Shown here one piece after another: positions 7,524 through 16,731 of a DNA stretch of 20,000 bases. Each line of letters begins with the position of its first letter. Within the stretch, counting starts at the first letter, position 1. The stretch lies in sequence record SRR22947727_3660. One strand, written 5' to 3'. The notes under the pieces are model-generated. The model was given only the letters and a program-made list of their open reading frames with translations, was not told where the DNA came from and did no database searches. The translations under genes and the position numbers were made by a program.

Positions 7524-9923
7524 TTACATCCGCAAGGCGCCGCCTGTTGCAGAGGCCACTTTGGCCACAATTTTGGCGCCCACGGCTTCAATCTCAGCAT
7601 CTGTCAGCGTCACCTCTATGGGCTGCAAGCGCACGCGAATAGCGATTGATTTTCGATCAACCCCCAAGCTGCCACCGATAAATTCATCGAACACGCGCAC
7701 ATCGGTAATCAGCGTTTTATCCGCGCCTTGCGCCGCGTTCACCAAATCCATCGCCTCGGTTTTATGATCCACGACGAAGGCAAAATCACGCTCGACGGCT
7801 TGCAAATCTTTTAGCTTCAGCGCAGGCCGCGTGGCCGAGTTGTTGCGCGGCAAGGGCACCTCATTGGGCCAAATGGTGAAGCCAACGGCCGGCCCTTTGA
7901 TGTCAAAAGCCGCCAATATTTTGGGATGCAGCTCACCAAACACCGCCAATGTTTTTTTCGGACCCAAACAAATCTGACCATGCCGGCCCGGATGCCACCA
8001 AGGCGCCGCGCCGCGCCGTATCTGCGTTTTCACAGGCGCTCCAATTGCGCCAAGGATCGACAGAGCATCGGCTTTGGCATCAAAAAGATCTACATCGCGG
8101 TCAGAGGCATGCACGTCTTTCGGAGCGCTGCGCCCAATCAAAAGACCGGCAATTTGCAAATCTTGTTCCTCGGGCTCACCGCCGCTAAAGACGGGGCCAA
8201 TTTCAAACAAGGCAAGATCTGCAAACCCCCGCGCTTGGTTGCGCTGCGCCGCAGCCAATAGCCCGGGCAACAGATCAGGGCGCATATGGCTCATATCCGC
8301 GCTGATCGGGTTTTCAAGCCGGGTTGCATCACTGCCAGCGCCAAAAAGCGCGGCCGCAGCTTGATCGATGAATGAATAGCTTACGCATTCGTGAAAGCCC
8401 AAAGCCGTGCCTGCGCGCCGGGCAGCTTGCTCGCGTTTTTGAACGGGCGATAAAATCGGTTTGGGCACGCCGGGTAAGACCCGGGGCAAGGGCTTGCCCT
8501 GCAATTTTGTTAAGGAGGCTATCCGCGCAACCTCTTCCACCAAATCCGCCTCGCCCAGAACATCCGGGCGCCAACTGGGCACATGCGCCGTTTTGCCATC
8601 CAGCACAAAGCCAAGCGCGGTCAGGCTTTGGCGCTGCGTAGCCTCGGAAATTTCCATACCAACCAAAGATTGAATGCGATCCGTATCCAACCGATAGGCG
8701 CGCGCATGATCTGGCACCGCTCCCGCCATCACCACCTCAGAGGCCTCACCGCCGCATAAATCTAGGATCATCGCCGTGGCAGCTTCAACGCCTAAGGATG
8801 TCCAAGCGGGATCGATACCGCGTTCAAACCGATAACGCGCATCAGAATTAATTTTCAGCGCGCGCCCCGTATAGGCGGTGCGCACCGTCTCAAAAAACGC
8901 CGCTTCCAGAAACACAGAAGTTGTGCCCTCAGAGCAGCCACTGTGCAATCCCCCCATAATTCCGCCCAGGCTTTCCACCCCAGCGGCATCGGAAATCACC
9001 GTCATACCTTCGCTCAAAGTATAGTCTTTATCATCCAAGGCGGCGAAAACTTCGCCGCCCGTCGCACGGTGCACCCGCAAGGCTGAACCTTCAACCTTAT
9101 CCGCATCAAAGACGTGCAAGGGGCGGTTGTTATCATAGGTGAAAAAATTCGTGATATCGACCAGCGCCGAAATTGGACGCAGGCCGATCGCTTTCAGCCG
9201 ATCTTGCAACCAGGCAGGGCTGGGGCCATTTTTGACGCCGCGAATAACCCGGCCAAAGAACACCGGACATTGCGCTTGCGTATCCTCATCAATCGTAACC
9301 GAGATTGGGCAGGGAAACTGGCCCATAACCGGTTCGACCGGATAGGGTTTCAACACGCCCAGCCCGCGGGCGGCCAAATCGCGCGCAATCCCGCGCACGC
9401 CCAGCGCATCTGGGCGATTGGGCGTGATCGCAATATCAATTAGAGTATCCACTTTCGATGGATCATTTTCAGCCAAATAATCAACAAAACTTTGCCCGAC
9501 TTCGCCAGATGGCAATTCAATAATCCCGTCATGCTCGTCGCTTAATTCCATTTCGCGTTCGGAACACATCATGCCAAAGCTTTCGACACCGCGAATTTTG
9601 CCGACCCCGATCGTAGTATCAATGCCCGGCACATAAGTGCCCGGCGTGGCAACCACCACGGTGATGCCCGCGCGCGCATTCGGCGCGCCACAAATAATCT
9701 GCAACTCACCCTGATCAGTGCTTACTTGGCAGACGCGCAGTTTATCCGCATCCGGGTGCTGCTCGGCTGCAATCACCTTGCCAATTCGGAAATCACTCAA
9801 CCGATCCGCCGGGTTTGACACCTCTTCCACTTCAAGCCCGAGATCGGTCAAAGCGTATAAAATATCGTCTAATGCAGCATCAGTGTCCAGATGGTCTTTC
9901 AGCCAAGAGAGCGTAAACTTCAT
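7524..9923 (-). CDS. pheT: Phenylalanine--tRNA ligase beta subunit, 799 aa
   Basis: [52 protein letters not shown] (FDX-ACB domain); ATGA overlap with the pheS stop. Confidence 0.98.
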   Translation of the reverse strand: MKFTLSWLKDHLDTDAALDDILYALTDLGLEVEEVSNPADRLSDFRIGKVIAAEQHPDADKLRVCQVSTDQGELQIICGAPNARAGITVVVATPGTYVPGIDTTIGVGKIRGVESFGMMCSEREMELSDEHDGIIELPSGEVGQSFVDYLAENDPSKVDTLIDIAITPNRPDALGVRGIARDLAARGLGVLKPYPVEPVMGQFPCPISVTIDEDTQAQCPVFFGRVIRGVKNGPSPAWLQDRLKAIGLRPISALVDITNFFTYDNNRPLHVFDADKVEGSALRVHRATGGEVFAALDDKDYTLSEGMTVISDAAGVESLGGIMGGLHSGCSEGTTSVFLEAAFFETVRTAYTGRALKINSDARYRFERGIDPAWTSLGVEAATAMILDLCGGEASEVVMAGAVPDHARAYRLDTDRIQSLVGMEISEATQRQSLTALGFVLDGKTAHVPSWRPDVLGEADLVEEVARIASLTKLQGKPLPRVLPGVPKPILSPVQKREQAARRAGTALGFHECVSYSFIDQAAAALFGAGSDATRLENPISADMSHMRPDLLPGLLAAAQRNQARGFADLALFEIGPVFSGGEPEEQDLQIAGLLIGRSAPKDVHASDRDVDLFDAKADALSILGAIGAPVKTQIRRGAAPWWHPGRHGQICLGPKKTLAVFGELHPKILAAFDIKGPAVGFTIWPNEVPLPRNNSATRPALKLKDLQAVERDFAFVVDHKTEAMDLVNAAQGADKTLITDVRVFDEFIGGSLGVDRKSIAIRVRLQPIEVTLTDAEIEAVGAKIVAKVASATGGALRM

Positions 9924-10990
9924 GACAGGCCTCCGTGTAAATTGGGCTGATCCAGGCTGGAAAACCCGTAATGACGCAGCCATCGTAAATCACTGTCGAA
10001 GAAGGCGCGTAAATCCGGAATTCCATATTTCAGCATGGCGATGCGATCGATGCCCATACCAAAGGCGAACCCCTGCCACTTCTCCGGATCGATGCCACCA
10101 GCTTGCAGTACTTTGGGATGTACCATGCCAGAGCCCAGAATTTCTAACCAGTCATCCCCCTCGCCCACTTTCAACTGCCCGCCTGCCCAACTGCAACGGA
10201 TATCCACCTCAGCAGAAGGTTCCGTAAACGGGAAATGCGAAGCGCGAAACCGCAACTCAACATCATCAACCTCAAAATAGGCTTTTACGAATTCTTCCAA
10301 AACCCATTTGAGATTGGCCATGGAAATATCTTTATCAATTGCCAAACCTTCTACCTGATGAAACATCGGCGTATGGGTCTGATCGTAATCTGCGCGATAC
10401 ACGCCGCCGGGGCAAATCACCCGCACTGGCGCGCCAGTTTTTTCCATCGTGCGAATTTGTACCGGACTGGTATGCGTGCGCAGCACGTGGGGGGGGCGAT
10501 CATCACCCTCTGCGCGATGCATGTAAAACGTATCCATTTCCGCGCGCGCCGGGTGATGCCCGGGGATATTCAACGCGTCAAAATTATACCAATCTGTATC
10601 AATCCGCGGGCCTTCAGCCACGCCGAAACCCATATCGGCAAAAATCGCTGTGACTTCTTCGGTTACCTGCGAAATCGGATGGATCGTACCGCGGCGTTGA
10701 TCACGCGCTGGCAATGTAACGTCCAACCATTCAGTGCGCAAACGCTCGTCCAGCGCGGCATCAGCCAGCGCGGCTTTACGCGCCATCAGCGCCGAATTCA
10801 GCTCTTCTTTTAACGCGTTCAGCGCCGGGCCCGCCACTTGCCGCTCTTCGGGTGTCATCTTACCCAATTCGCGCAGCTTCAGGCTGACCTCGCCTTTTTT
10901 TCCAACCGCTGCGAGACGGGTTTCTTCCAAGGCGCTTTCATCCTGCGCAGCCGCAATCGCAGCTATATATTTTTCGCGTAGACCATCCAT
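9920..10990 (-). CDS. pheS: Phenylalanine--tRNA ligase alpha subunit, 356 aa
   Basis: NFDALN..HPAR...[42 protein letters not shown]; start ATG 10990 after GGAGAAG. Confidence 0.98.
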   Translation of the reverse strand: MDGLREKYIAAIAAAQDESALEETRLAAVGKKGEVSLKLRELGKMTPEERQVAGPALNALKEELNSALMARKAALADAALDERLRTEWLDVTLPARDQRRGTIHPISQVTEEVTAIFADMGFGVAEGPRIDTDWYNFDALNIPGHHPARAEMDTFYMHRAEGDDRPPHVLRTHTSPVQIRTMEKTGAPVRVICPGGVYRADYDQTHTPMFHQVEGLAIDKDISMANLKWVLEEFVKAYFEVDDVELRFRASHFPFTEPSAEVDIRCSWAGGQLKVGEGDDWLEILGSGMVHPKVLQAGGIDPEKWQGFAFGMGIDRIAMLKYGIPDLRAFFDSDLRWLRHYGFSSLDQPNLHGGLS

Positions 10991-11122
10991 AGATCTTCTC
11001 CAAATCCAGACGCCCTCTGCTATCATATTTGGAACCGGGTGCAACCCGCTTAGCAGGGCAGGCCCAAGCCCGACAGGCTTTATAAACTAAGAAAGCCTCC
11101 GATCAAATTGGCGGCCTTGGCC

Positions 11123-11161
11123 AAAATAAAAAAGCACCGCAAACGCTGTTTGCAGTGCTTT
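11123..11161 (-). terminator. Rho-independent terminator of rpmI-rplT
   Basis: Minus strand AAAGCACTGCAAAC-agc-GTTTGCGGTGCTTT (one G-U pair) followed by TTTATTTT. Confidence 0.85.
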
Positions 11162-11185
11162 AAAACTCAATTTTTAAACGCTGGT

Positions 11186-11548
11186 TTAGGCCAAGGCCGC
11201 CTTGGCCTGCAAGACAATCGCCTCAAACGCTGCCGGCTCATGCACGGCCAGATCGGCCAGAACCTTCCGGTCAACCTCAATACCCGCCAAGCCAAGCCCA
11301 TTGATAAAGCGCGAATAGGTCATCGCCTCATCATGACTACGCACGGCTGCGTTGATCCGCTGGATCCACAAGGCCCGAAAGTTGCGCTTCCGGTTATGCC
11401 GGTCGCGGGTTGCATATTGATTGGCTTTATCAACCGCCTGCGCCGCGACTTTAAACGTGTTTTTACGACGTCCATAATAGCCTTTCGCAGCTTTTACGAT
11501 TTTCTTGTGACGGGCGTGGGTTACGGTACCACCTTTAACGCGTGACAT
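11186..11548 (-). CDS. rplT: 50S ribosomal protein L20
   Basis: [51 protein letters not shown]. Confidence 0.99.
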   Translation of the reverse strand: MSRVKGGTVTHARHKKIVKAAKGYYGRRKNTFKVAAQAVDKANQYATRDRHNRKRNFRALWIQRINAAVRSHDEAMTYSRFINGLGLAGIEVDRKVLADLAVHEPAAFEAIVLQAKAALA

Positions 11549-11560
11549 ATCTTATCCTCC

Positions 11561-11761
11561 TCAGCGCGAATAGGGCATCATCGACTTGACGATTCTTTCG
11601 TCAGGCGTTGACATCACTGTTGTGCCGCGGGCGTTGCGGATAAATTTACGGGTGCGTTTGATCATTCCGTGGCGTTTGCCGGCTTGACCGGTTTTCACAC
11701 GGCCATTCGCCGTTACTTTGAACCGCTTTTTGCAGCTCGATTTGGTCTTCATCTTAGGCAT
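11561..11761 (-). CDS. rpmI: 50S ribosomal protein L35, 66 aa
   Basis: [20 protein letters not shown]...KRHGMIKR; start ATG 11761 after CAGGAG. Confidence 0.98.
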   Translation of the reverse strand: MPKMKTKSSCKKRFKVTANGRVKTGQAGKRHGMIKRTRKFIRNARGTTVMSTPDERIVKSMMPYSR

Positions 11762-11840
11762 TTCCGTCTCCTGTCTTAACAAAGGTCGGTTTATACGCGA
11801 CTCGGCATGCCCTTTCGGCCGGCCACGTTGAAGAGATTGG

Positions 11841-11869
11841 GGTATAGGGCGCTCTTTCTATAAGCGCAA
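11841..11869 (-). promoter_or_regulatory. Sigma70-type promoter candidate for rpmI-rplT
   Basis: Minus strand (C)TTGCGC-N17-TATACC, typical of alphaproteobacterial housekeeping promoters that lack the -7 T. Confidence 0.6.
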
Positions 11870-11881
11870 GTGCAAATCGCG

Positions 11882-13327
11882 CTATTCTGGATCGGTGGAA
11901 TAAATCATCCGTTCATTGCACGGCGCCACGCGCAAAATATTCGTGGTGCCCGGAATATTGAACGGCACACCGGCTGTTACAACCACCTGATCATTTTCTT
12001 CGGCAAACCCTTGTGACAACGCTGCCCGCACGGCGCTGACCACCGCTTCCTTGAAGCGCTCTTTGGGGCCTGAGCGTACACAATTGGTACCCCAGCTTAG
12101 CGCCAAACGCCGCGACGTTCCGATTTCTGACGTCATCGCAATAATGGGCACACGCGGACGCTCGCGCGCGGTTAACAGCGCGGTTGTGCCCGATTGCGTA
12201 TAGCAGCATATCGCCTTCACATCCGTGGTTTCGGCAATTTCCCGCGCCGCGGCGACAATCGCATCTGCCACCGTATGGCGTTTGGCTTTGCGCGAGGATT
12301 CCAAAATTTCAGTATAAGTTGGATCGCTTTCCACCTCGACCGCGACATTGTTCATTGTGGTCACGGCCTCGATCGGATAGCCACCGGCCGCCGATTCTGC
12401 TGAAAGCATAATCGCATCCGAGCCTTCGTAAATCGCCGTGGCCACATCAGACACCTCGGCCCGCGTGGGCATTGGGCTCTCAATCATCGATTCCAGCATT
12501 TGCGTGGCCACAATCACCGGTTTCGCCGCTGCGCGACACTTGCGCACCAAACGCTTCTGGATCGGCGGCACATTCTGCACCGGCAATTCCACTCCAAGAT
12601 CTCCGCGCGCCACCATTATGCCATCAGAAACTTTCAAAATCGCGTCAAATTGCTCAACCGCCGAAGGTTTTTCAATTTTTGACAGCAAGGCCGCGCGACC
12701 CCGCACCAATTCACGCGCCTCGGTTAAATCTTCCGGGCGCTGCACAAAAGACAAGGCCAACCAATCCACGCCCAAATCGCAGACGAAATCTAAATCGGCG
12801 CGATCTTTTTCTGACAAAGCTGCCAAAGGCAAAACCACATCCGGCACATTCACGCCCTTGCGGTTTGAAATCGTCCCACCGTTCAACACCAGACAATCGG
12901 CAAAATCGGCGCCGCATTCTTCGACTTTCAATTTGATTTTTCCATCATTCACCAGCAGATGAGCCCCCGGCTTCAGCGCCGAAAAAATCTCTTCATGGGG
13001 CAGTTGTACGCGGTTTTTATCTCCCGCCGCCGGATCAAGATCCACCCGGAACCGATCTCCTTCGACCAAATCTTCAGCGCCTGAGGCAAATTCTCCGACC
13101 CGCAATTTTGGGCCTTGTAAATCGGCCAAAATGGCGATCGGGCTTGAAAGATCATCTTCAACCTTGCGGATGATTTTATGACGCTCGGCGATCTCGGCAT
13201 GCGTGCCATGGCTCATATTCAACCGAAAGACATCTGCTCCTGCTTCATGTAAAGCGCGGATCATGTCATAACTTTGCGAGGCAGGCCCCAGCGTGGCTAC
13301 AATTTTTACATTGCGCAGGCGTCTCAT
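11882..13327 (-). CDS. pyk: Pyruvate kinase, 481 aa
   Basis: KIVATLGPAS, FRLNMSHG, DLQGPKLR, SKIEKP, IMVARGDLGVE, ATQMLESM, PTRAEVSDVA, MLSAES. Confidence 0.98.
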   Translation of the reverse strand: MRRLRNVKIVATLGPASQSYDMIRALHEAGADVFRLNMSHGTHAEIAERHKIIRKVEDDLSSPIAILADLQGPKLRVGEFASGAEDLVEGDRFRVDLDPAAGDKNRVQLPHEEIFSALKPGAHLLVNDGKIKLKVEECGADFADCLVLNGGTISNRKGVNVPDVVLPLAALSEKDRADLDFVCDLGVDWLALSFVQRPEDLTEARELVRGRAALLSKIEKPSAVEQFDAILKVSDGIMVARGDLGVELPVQNVPPIQKRLVRKCRAAAKPVIVATQMLESMIESPMPTRAEVSDVATAIYEGSDAIMLSAESAAGGYPIEAVTTMNNVAVEVESDPTYTEILESSRKAKRHTVADAIVAAAREIAETTDVKAICCYTQSGTTALLTARERPRVPIIAMTSEIGTSRRLALSWGTNCVRSGPKERFKEAVVSAVRAALSQGFAEENDQVVVTAGVPFNIPGTTNILRVAPCNERMIYSTDPE

Positions 13328-13425
13328 GATGTATTCCCTTCAATCCCTTTGGCGTCTCTTATAACGTTGCGAGCCGCCAAGCCGCCAGCAAGAAATTAAG
13401 ATCAGAGATCCAGTTTGAGGCAAGC

Positions 13426-13439
13426 TGTTAGCGTTAACA
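13426..13439. promoter_or_regulatory. LacI-family operator candidate (CceR-like) upstream of pyk
   Basis: TGTTAGCGTTAACA, a near-perfect palindrome with central CG, just downstream of a minus-strand TTGTGA-N17-CATAAG promoter candidate (13479-13451). Confidence 0.65.
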
Positions 13440-13635
13440 TTTCTGCTGCGCTTATGGCGAATAATTTCAACAATCACAACCGTTATCCTTGCTGCAACCC
13501 GCGGCCAACGCCGCATTCAAAAGGCGGATCGCTTTAAAGCGCTTGCGAGCCAAGCGGGAACTAAGTTAGGAGATTGGCGACGAAATAACAGAAATCGCGC
13601 GCATTTATGCCGCGTCTTTCGCAAAGGAAATGACC

Positions 13636-13950
13636 ATGGATGATCAAACGCAGCTTGAATTAGACGCCGCCGCCTTTCGGGCCCTGCGCGCACATTTGAT
13701 GGAAAAGCGCCCAGATGTTCAAAATATTGACCTGATGAACTTGGCCGGGTTTTGCAGAAACTGCCTGTCGCGTTGGTATCAAGAGGCTGCCCAAGACCGG
13801 GGAATCGAGATGTCAAAAGACCAAGCGCGTGAAGCGTTTTACGGCATGCCGATGGAGGTTTGGAAAGCCCAGCATCAAACCGAGGCCAGCGCTGAAAAAC
13901 AAGAGGCCTTCACGCAAGCTTTTGTAGAAAACATCAAAGCCCCCGATTAA
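13636..13950 (+). CDS. DUF1244 family protein, about 104 aa
   Basis: AAAFRAL..HL...RPDVQNIDLMNLAGFCRNCLSRWY, YGMP...WK..HQ; SD AAAGGA favours ATG 13636 over 13630. Confidence 0.9.
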   Translation: MDDQTQLELDAAAFRALRAHLMEKRPDVQNIDLMNLAGFCRNCLSRWYQEAAQDRGIEMSKDQAREAFYGMPMEVWKAQHQTEASAEKQEAFTQAFVENIKAPD

Positions 13951-13983
13951 TCAGGCCTATCACACATGCCAAACCTTATCCAA

Positions 13984-15309
13984 TCAAGGCTTGGCTTTGA
14001 TAACTTGCAGCAAAGGCAGCACGGCCGACATATCTGGCCCATGGCTTTGCCCCGTTAAGGCCAAACGCAGCGGCATAAACAAGCCTTTGCCCTTGCGCCC
14101 TGTCGCTGCCTTTACTTCTGCCGTCCAAGCAGACCATGAATGCGCGTCATATGGGCCATCGGGCAAAAGAGCCATCGCTTGCGCCACGAACGCTTGATCC
14201 TCGGGATGAATCACCGGCGTTGCGCCGTTTGAAAACAGCTCCCACCAGCCGGGCAGATCATGCAAGGTAGTGATATTATCGCGCGTCACCTGCCAGAATT
14301 GCGCGGCCAGTTCAGCGGGAACACCCAAGCTTTCGATCTGGTCAGCCACTTCTTGCAGCGGCAGCGTTTGCAGATAACGTGCCGTCAACGGACGCAAATC
14401 CTGCACGTCCAATTTTGTCGGCGCAGACCCAAACTGCGCCAGTTCAAACCCTGCAGCCACGGCAGCCAAATCCGTTTGCAGCTCGACCGGTTGGCTGGAT
14501 CCCAGCCGCGCCATCAAACTGATCAAAGCGGCAGGGACGATGCCATCGGAACGCAAATCACGCAACGCCAAAGTTCCAAGCCGTTTTGATAAGGCTTCGC
14601 CAAGCGGGCCTGTCAGCAACGAGTGATGGCCAAATTTGGGAATATCCCCACCAAGGGCCTGCATCATCTGAATTTGCGTGGCCGTATTGGTCACATGGTC
14701 AGATCCGCGCACCACATTGGTGATCTTCATTTCGATATCATCTACAACTGAGGCCAAGGTATAAAGATATTGACCATCGCCGCGGATCAAAACCGGATCA
14801 GACACGCTGGCCGCGTCGATTGAAATATTCCCCAAAATTGCATCGGTCCATTCAATCCGCTGATGCTCTAGCTTAAAGCGCCAATGCCCCTGCCCCCGTT
14901 CTGCGCGCAGCGCCGCTTTTTCATCCGCGCTTAATCCAAGCGCCGCGCGATCATAGACTGGCGGCTTGCCCATATTCAGCTGTTTCTTACGCTTCAAATC
15001 CAGCTCAACCGGGGTTTCAAAACATTCATAAAGGCGCCCGCTATCTTTGAGGCGCTGCGCCGCTGCATCATAGGCGGCCAAACGCTCGGATTGGCGCTCG
15101 ATACGATCCCATTGCAAGCCCAACCACGTTAGATCTTCTTTGATCGCCTCAACAAAGCTTTCCTTTGAGCGTTCGGGATCTGTATCGTCAATGCGTAAAA
15201 TAAAATGCCCGTCATCTTTGCGCGCAATCAGGTAATTCATCAAAGCAGCGCGCATATTGCCAACGTGCAAATATCCGGTCGGGGAAGGGGCAAAGCGTGT
15301 GATGGTCAT
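13984..15309 (-). CDS. gltX: Glutamate--tRNA ligase, 441 aa
   Basis: TRFAPSPTGYLHVGN (HIGH), LRIDDTD, VVRGSDH, LSKR (KMSKS), LFMPLRLALTG..HGP anticodon-binding domain; start ATG 15309 after CAGGAG. Confidence 0.95.
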   Translation of the reverse strand: MTITRFAPSPTGYLHVGNMRAALMNYLIARKDDGHFILRIDDTDPERSKESFVEAIKEDLTWLGLQWDRIERQSERLAAYDAAAQRLKDSGRLYECFETPVELDLKRKKQLNMGKPPVYDRAALGLSADEKAALRAERGQGHWRFKLEHQRIEWTDAILGNISIDAASVSDPVLIRGDGQYLYTLASVVDDIEMKITNVVRGSDHVTNTATQIQMMQALGGDIPKFGHHSLLTGPLGEALSKRLGTLALRDLRSDGIVPAALISLMARLGSSQPVELQTDLAAVAAGFELAQFGSAPTKLDVQDLRPLTARYLQTLPLQEVADQIESLGVPAELAAQFWQVTRDNITTLHDLPGWWELFSNGATPVIHPEDQAFVAQAMALLPDGPYDAHSWSAWTAEVKAATGRKGKGLFMPLRLALTGQSHGPDMSAVLPLLQVIKAKP

Positions 15310-15444
15310 TTTGATCTCCTGTTGAGGGTCGTTTTTCATAGCGCCAAGGATTTGTCCAGCAAAGGCGCATTTTTTATAGAAGGGCGAAAAAAACATTGCA
15401 CCCTGAAGAGAAATCCGAATTAGTCGGAACAAAGATAAAGGGAA

Positions 15445-16704
15445 ATGGCAATGGGGCTTCCGATTGTGGTAATCGGCGCGGGCATTTGCGGCGTGTCCAG
15501 CGCGCTTTGGTTGCAACGCAGCGGCCATAGGGTGATTTTAATTGATAAAACAGCGCCCGGAATGGGGGCTTCATTTGGCAATGCTGGGTTGCTGGCGCAA
15601 TGGGCGGTAACGCCAGTCACCACGCCGGATCTTTGGCAGGCGCTGCCGAAATACGCGCTTAATCCGGCCAGTCCTTTATTCATCAAATGGCAATATCTAC
15701 CCAAATTGGCGCCTTGGCTTTGGAAATTCCTGCAACAGGCCAATGACAGCAGCGCCAAAGCTGCCAGCGCGGCTTTGGGTCCGCTTTTATTGGATGCTGT
15801 CGACCAACATAAGGCGCTGTCGCAAGGCAGCTCGGCCGAAAGCTGGATCGCTGACAGCCAATTCTGCTACGCGTATCGCGATCACAAAGCCTTTCAAAAG
15901 GATCGCTACGCGTGGGATTTGAAACAAGCGGCCGGTCTGGTGCCCAACGTTCTGAGCGGCCCCGATGTGCAAGATGCCGAACCGGCTTTGGGCCCCGCCA
16001 TTCAATGTTTGGCGATCTTGAAAGGCCAGGGGCATATTCTCAACCCTTTGGGATATGTCACGGCTTTGGCCAAAGCCTTTGAAGCGCAAGGGGGCGTGTT
16101 TCGCCAAACAAGCGTCACCGGTTTTGAAAAACAAAACGGGCGCATACGATCCGTTTTAACCGAAGGCGGCCCGATTGACTGTGACAAAGCCGTGATCACT
16201 GCCGGTATTTGGTCAAAAGAGTTGATGGGAAAATTAGGGCTGCATATCCCCTTGGAAACCGAGCGCGGATATCACGTGATGTTTAAAAACCCATCACAGA
16301 TGCCGCGCAATCCGATGATGATGACAACTGGAAAATTTGCGGTGACCCCAATGCAAGACGGGTTGCGCTGCGCCGGTACAGTCGAGTTTGGCGGGATTAA
16401 ACTTGGGCCCAGCAAAGCGCCAATTCAATTGCTGCGCCGCCGCATGGCCGAGGCTTTTCCACAGATGACCTATGACAGCAGCGAAGAGTGGATGGGCTTT
16501 CGCCCGTCAACCCCAGACAGCCTGCCGCTGATCGGTGAGCTGGCCAGCAGCGGGATTTACACCGCCTTTGGCCACCAACATGTTGGGTTAACCGCAGGAC
16601 CTAAAACCGGGCGCTTGATCGCAGATTTGATCACGGGGCGTTTGCCAAATATTGATATGCGCCCCTATGATCCGGCGCGCTATGCGGCGATTGCGGCGCA
16701 CTAA
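15445..16704 (+). CDS. FAD-dependent oxidoreductase, D-amino acid dehydrogenase (DadA/DAO) family; substrate unknown
   Basis: VVIGAGICG dinucleotide motif, ASFGNAG, ERGYH, WMGFRPSTPDSLPLIG, FGHQHVGLTAGP. Confidence 0.88.
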   Translation: MAMGLPIVVIGAGICGVSSALWLQRSGHRVILIDKTAPGMGASFGNAGLLAQWAVTPVTTPDLWQALPKYALNPASPLFIKWQYLPKLAPWLWKFLQQANDSSAKAASAALGPLLLDAVDQHKALSQGSSAESWIADSQFCYAYRDHKAFQKDRYAWDLKQAAGLVPNVLSGPDVQDAEPALGPAIQCLAILKGQGHILNPLGYVTALAKAFEAQGGVFRQTSVTGFEKQNGRIRSVLTEGGPIDCDKAVITAGIWSKELMGKLGLHIPLETERGYHVMFKNPSQMPRNPMMMTTGKFAVTPMQDGLRCAGTVEFGGIKLGPSKAPIQLLRRRMAEAFPQMTYDSSEEWMGFRPSTPDSLPLIGELASSGIYTAFGHQHVGLTAGPKTGRLIADLITGRLPNIDMRPYDPARYAAIAAH

Positions 16705-16731
16705 GCCAGACAGGCGCGCGCGCCAGTAATG

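Noticed and set aside
10489..10496. G8 run in pheS
   Set aside because: Encodes conserved R-P-P in an essential gene, so phase variation is implausible. It also shows that CCC proline runs arise by chance in this genome, which tempers the C10 finding.
9718..10813. Long antisense ORFs over pheS/pheT (likewise over ald, pyk, gltX, ytoQ and the M16 genes)
   Set aside because: Shadow frames of well-conserved genes, with no RBS or recognisable domains.
10991..11110. pheM-type attenuator or T-box upstream of pheS
   Set aside because: No Phe-rich leader ORF, no T-box motif, and no terminator directly ahead of pheS.
1..16704. Apparent clustering of pyruvate-yielding enzymes (dehydratase, ald, pyk, DadA-like)
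   Set aside because: The genes are in separate transcription units interleaved with translation genes; no shared motif seen.
16713..16724. GGCGCGCGCGCC palindrome between convergent DadA-like and PaaK-like genes
   Set aside because: Too short, and no T tract on either strand to support a terminator.
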